In this document: piece after piece, positions 48,568-50,550 of the stretch
Numbering within the stretch: position 1 is the first letter of the stretch
How the letters are laid out: every line of letters starts with the position of its first letter
From: an uncultured Bacillota bacterium
Lineage (GTDB): Bacteria > Bacillota > Clostridia > Christensenellales > UBA1242
Direction of reading: 5' to 3'
DNA length: 50,550 nt
NCBI GenBank assembly: GCA_949282835.1
Contig: CASDQU010000074.1
Location: 1 to 50,550 of the forward strand
Notes under the pieces: generated by a model
Databases searched by the model: none
Seen by the model: the letters and a program-made list of their open reading frames with translations, nothing else
Told to the model about the DNA's origin: nothing
Program-made: the position numbers and the translations under genes

Positions 48568-49548
48568 TTATTCATCCTTATCATCGCTGTCGATTACTGT
48601 TTCAATTTCTTCAGTTTTTTCAGCCTCTTGATTATTTATTTTGGACAGGTTTTCATCTTTTTTGATAACTTCACTTATACTAGCAAAAAGTCCGGCAATG
48701 TTTTGAATATCACTTGGTACAATAATCTTAGTTGCATTACCATTTGCTAATACTTTAAGAGCCTCAAAGCCTTGCAATGTGATATAAGAAGCGTCAGGAT
48801 TTGCTTCATTTATAAGGTTAATAGCTCTATTTTCGCCTTCTGCAATAGCAATAAGTGATTCTTTTTGCGCCTCGGCAGCAAGAATTTTGGCTGTTTTTTC
48901 AGCTTCAGCCTTTAAAATTTTTGCCTGCTTTTCGCCTTCTGCAACTAATATACTTGATTTTTTCTCACCTTCTGCTCGCAAAATTTGTTCTCGGCGTTCT
49001 CGCTCTGCCTTCATTTGCTTATCCATAGCATCTTGAATATCTTTAGGAGGCAAAATGTTTTTAAGCTCTACTCTATTAATTTTTATTCCCCAAGCATCAG
49101 TTGCCTCGTCTAGAATAACTCTCATTTTAGTATTAACTGTATCTCTTGAAGTTAAAGTTTCATCAAGCTCTAGTTCACCAACGATATTTCTAAGAGTTGT
49201 AGCAGTTAAATTTTCAATAGCTTTGATAGGTTGGTCAACTCCATATGTGAACAACTTTGCATCTGTAATTTGGAAATAAACAACTGTATCTATTTGCATT
49301 GTAACATTATCTTTAGTTATAACCGGTTGTGGCTTAAAGTCAGCCACAATTTCTTTTAACGAAATTGGCTTGCCTGTTCTATCAAAAAAAGGTAAGATAA
49401 TGTGTATACCAACATCTAATGTTTTTCTATATTTGCCAAGTCTTTCCACAACTACTGCTGTCGCTTGTCTTACAATACGAATTGATAAACATAGACAAAC
49501 TAACAGCAACACTCCTAAAACTATTAAAACTATTCCCCAAGCACTCAT
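48568..49548 (-). CDS. SPFH/Band 7 (stomatin-like) protein
   Basis: N-terminal TM; VVERLGKY...TKDNV...D.VVYFQI; coiled-coil ERERREQILRAEGEK. ATGA-type overlap with the upstream nfeD. Confidence 0.9.
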   Translation of the reverse strand: MSAWGIVLIVLGVLLLVCLCLSIRIVRQATAVVVERLGKYRKTLDVGIHIILPFFDRTGKPISLKEIVADFKPQPVITKDNVTMQIDTVVYFQITDAKLFTYGVDQPIKAIENLTATTLRNIVGELELDETLTSRDTVNTKMRVILDEATDAWGIKINRVELKNILPPKDIQDAMDKQMKAERERREQILRAEGEKKSSILVAEGEKQAKILKAEAEKTAKILAAEAQKESLIAIAEGENRAINLINEANPDASYITLQGFEALKVLANGNATKIIVPSDIQNIAGLFASISEVIKKDENLSKINNQEAEKTEEIETVIDSDDKDE

Positions 49549-50084
49549 TTATTCACCTCCTCAGAAGACTGCTCTTCTTTTTTTGTTGTATCTTCTACAA
49601 CAATTTCGCTATCTTTAATTGGTGTATTCTTGCTCTCTTCCTTTTTTTCTTGAATTAGTTCAACTATTAGTTTGTTCCCTTCAATATTTACAATTTTTAC
49701 AAGGCTATCTTTTTTAATTAATTTGCCATCACTGCTAACTGCCGTCCAAACAATATCATTAATTTTGACTGAGCCATTTTTTTCAAAGTCTGTTTCCTCA
49801 AGAAGCCTAACTTCTTTCCCTATTAATGTATCAATATTGGTTTTAGCTTGCATATTTTTGAATAATAATTTTTGGGCATATTTCCTAACAAAAATTATCA
49901 GTAGCGCTGATACTACTACAAAAACGGCGATTTGAATTTCAATGTCAATTCCGCCAATTCCTGCAAGAATAAATGGAATTACACCGCCAACAGAAAACCA
50001 TATCGAAACCAATTCAAATGTAATTAATTCAATAATGACTGAAACTACTATTACAGCTAGCCATACCCAAAACATTGTCTCCAT
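49545..50084 (-). CDS. NfeD-family membrane protein
   Basis: Three N-terminal TM segments plus a C-terminal OB-like domain (GKEVRLLEE..GSVKINDIVWTAVS). Classic nfeD-stomatin pair. Confidence 0.85.
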   Translation of the reverse strand: METMFWVWLAVIVVSVIIELITFELVSIWFSVGGVIPFILAGIGGIDIEIQIAVFVVVSALLIIFVRKYAQKLLFKNMQAKTNIDTLIGKEVRLLEETDFEKNGSVKINDIVWTAVSSDGKLIKKDSLVKIVNIEGNKLIVELIQEKKEESKNTPIKDSEIVVEDTTKKEEQSSEEVNK

Positions 50085-50340
50085 AATCCCTCGCTTTATG
50101 TGTTTTTATATACTATTAAATCTTATATCTAAAATTTCAACAAAGTTTGCTTCTATAGTTTATATAACCATCGGTCACCCTTTCAAGAAAGCTTCCAATT
50201 ATAATAAACTATTCTTATATAATGTATAATATCATTAATATATCAAATTTGTCAAGTAATTTATATATAAAAGAATATTGCCTTGTTTAACTATAAAAAA
50301 TAATTTATTACAAAAGAGATTAAAAAAATAGAAAAAAGAG

Positions 50341-50369
50341 TTGATTTTTTTATTTTTTTTTGCTATATT
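50341..50369 (+). promoter_or_regulatory. Possible promoter of the tRNA-Gly/Cys cluster
   Basis: TTGATT, 17 nt, TATATT, about 45 nt upstream of tRNA-Gly. In such an AT-rich context this is a weak call. Confidence 0.3.
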
Positions 50370-50413
50370 AATAGAGCAAACCTTGCTTACTGCATATAAA
50401 ATAATAACTCTTT

Positions 50414-50488
50414 GCGGGAGTGGCTCAGTGGTAGAGCGTTGCCTTGCCAAGGCAAATGTCGCGGGTTCGAATCCCGTCTTCCGCTCCA
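50414..50488 (+). tRNA. tRNA-Gly (GCC)
   Basis: GCGGGAG TG GCTC AGTGGTA GAGC G TTGCC TTGCCAA GGCAA ATGTC GCGGG TTCGAAT CCCGT CTTCCGC T CCA. Confidence 0.93.
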
Positions 50489-50490
50489 AT

Positions 50491-50550
50491 GGTACCATCG
50501 CCAAGTGGTAAGGCCAAGGTCTGCAAAACCTTCATTCCCCGGTTCAAATC
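50491..50550 (+). tRNA. tRNA-Cys (GCA), truncated by the window end
   Basis: GGTACCA TC GCCAAGTGGTAAGGC C AAGGT CTGCAAA ACCTT CATTC CCCGG TTCAAAT C... Confidence 0.85.

Overview
Visibly AT-rich chromosomal core segment of an endospore-forming Firmicute (Clostridia-like). The forespore locus spoIIAA-spoIIAB-sigF / spoVAC-spoVAD-spoVAE / yunB is present. Almost every gene is on the minus strand and the standard genetic code fits. From left to right: a tRNA fragment and tRNA-Leu; a small EncFtn-type half-ferritin; tig-clpP-clpX; a gap gene in an unusual operon; rpiB, ywlE-like, rsfS; yhbY-obg-nth-lysS; an SLT lytic transglycosylase; a divergent DUF3343/cysteine desulfurase pair; rpsO-pnp; recJ-relA(like)-hemZ(like); the dnaG-sigA operon; the sporulation cluster; a six-gene tRNA operon (Pro, CAT, Asp, Phe, Thr, Tyr); an SDR; divIVA-like and lgt; then a more accessory stretch (Rho-like protein, ArsP_2-type metal exporter, a 17-residue-repeat beta-solenoid protein, and marR plus three ABC exporter genes); nfeD-SPFH; tRNA-Gly and tRNA-Cys. 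I saw no transposase, integrase, cas genes, CRISPR array or recognisable defence genes. The items most worth a second look: (1) a Rho-derived protein that keeps Rho-like N-terminal, OB and RecA-core segments but has no Walker A and is C-terminally truncated; (2) a 69-bp tandem repeat fused to the 3' end of tRNA-Phe, each unit folding into an ACCA-terminated rod hairpin; (3) a long RelA/SpoT homologue whose hydrolase (HD) motifs are all replaced; (4) a 10-turn, 17-residue-period beta-solenoid protein; (5) a 134-bp structured tandem repeat in the 675-bp yunB-dnaG spacer; (6) a tRNA-Leu that hand-folds with an A34 (AAG) anticodon. All calls come from reading the sequence and ORF translations by eye. 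No database search or folding program was run.
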